Origin: an uncultured Oscillospiraceae bacterium | GTDB taxonomy: Bacteria; Bacillota; Clostridia; Oscillospirales; Butyricicoccaceae | Assembly (NCBI GenBank): GCA_964605215.1 | Contig: CAZSBD010000001.1 | Location: 1-43,753, forward strand | DNA: 43,753 nucleotides | Direction of reading: 5' to 3' | Shown: positions 43,552-43,753 of the stretch, in pieces | How positions within the stretch are numbered: position 1 is the first letter of the stretch | Layout of the letters: each line of letters begins with the position of its first letter | The notes under the pieces: generated by a model | Databases searched by the model: none | What the model was told of the DNA's origin: nothing | Seen by the model: the letters and a program-made list of their open reading frames with translations, nothing else | Translations under genes and position numbers: made by a program

Positions 43552-43753
43552 ATAAATGTGTGGTTTTGTCCTGAGAAGCCATATGCTTAATACTTTTGCG
43601 GTTATTTGATATTGGCGTATGCGGCGTTTGGCGCTTTGTCCCGTGCGGGCGAAGGCATTTCCGTCCCATCCGCATCGGATCTGCATCTACGCGGAACGCC
43701 AGACAAGAGCATCGCGCTGGTATTAATATAAAATCGAATAAATTTTTTGGGAG

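Noticed and set aside
1-43753. Search by eye for CRISPR arrays, tRNA or rRNA genes, reverse transcriptase/DGR, toxin-antitoxin pairs or recognisable defence-system genes.
   Set aside because: No regularly spaced direct repeats, no tRNA cloverleaf or rRNA-like segments, and no ORFs with RT, nuclease-helicase or TA signatures were found. The only recombinase is the stand-alone tyrosine recombinase at 24352-25197.

Overview
This is an origin-proximal chromosomal window from a moderately GC-rich, apparently spore-forming Firmicute (Clostridia-like). No rRNA, tRNA or CRISPR array was seen.

**Core genes.** The right third (30.9-43.0 kb, minus strand) is the canonical oriC-flanking block: rpmH, rnpA, yidD, yidC, jag, mnmE, mnmG, rsmG, noc-like, parA, parB, a hypothetical gene and serS. 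It carries two perfect parS sites and a DnaA-box cluster, and the window ends in the AT-rich region upstream of dnaA. The left 12 kb (plus strand) is housekeeping: prfA (partial), a ZIP metal transporter, a Sua5/TsaC-CoaE fusion, an M18 aminopeptidase, a divergent PNPOx-like/MocR pair, mfd and a PrsA-like lipoprotein.

**Accessory patches between them.**
- A three-gene secreted-protein cluster (12.1-14.6 kb) in which both outer genes are frame-disrupted.
- A MATE exporter and asnB.
- A 1402-aa SLH/vWA/beta-helix surface protein preceded by a 5x zinc-ribbon repeat protein.
- A stand-alone tyrosine recombinase.
- A large membrane protein of unknown function.
- A SleC-like, peptidoglycan-binding spore cortex hydrolase cluster.

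**Most interesting signal.** A 15-bp perfect inverted repeat brackets a 236-bp segment directly downstream of the recombinase gene. The segment carries a strong promoter and a terminator. As sequenced, the promoter points away from the zinc-ribbon/SLH surface-protein operon, so this looks like a phase-variable inverton caught in the OFF state.

**Second signal.** A roughly 185-bp multi-hairpin repeat occurs twice (6.9 kb and 18.3 kb). Each copy is bracketed by a direct duplication of a different local terminator-like hairpin, which suggests a MITE-like or structured-RNA element.
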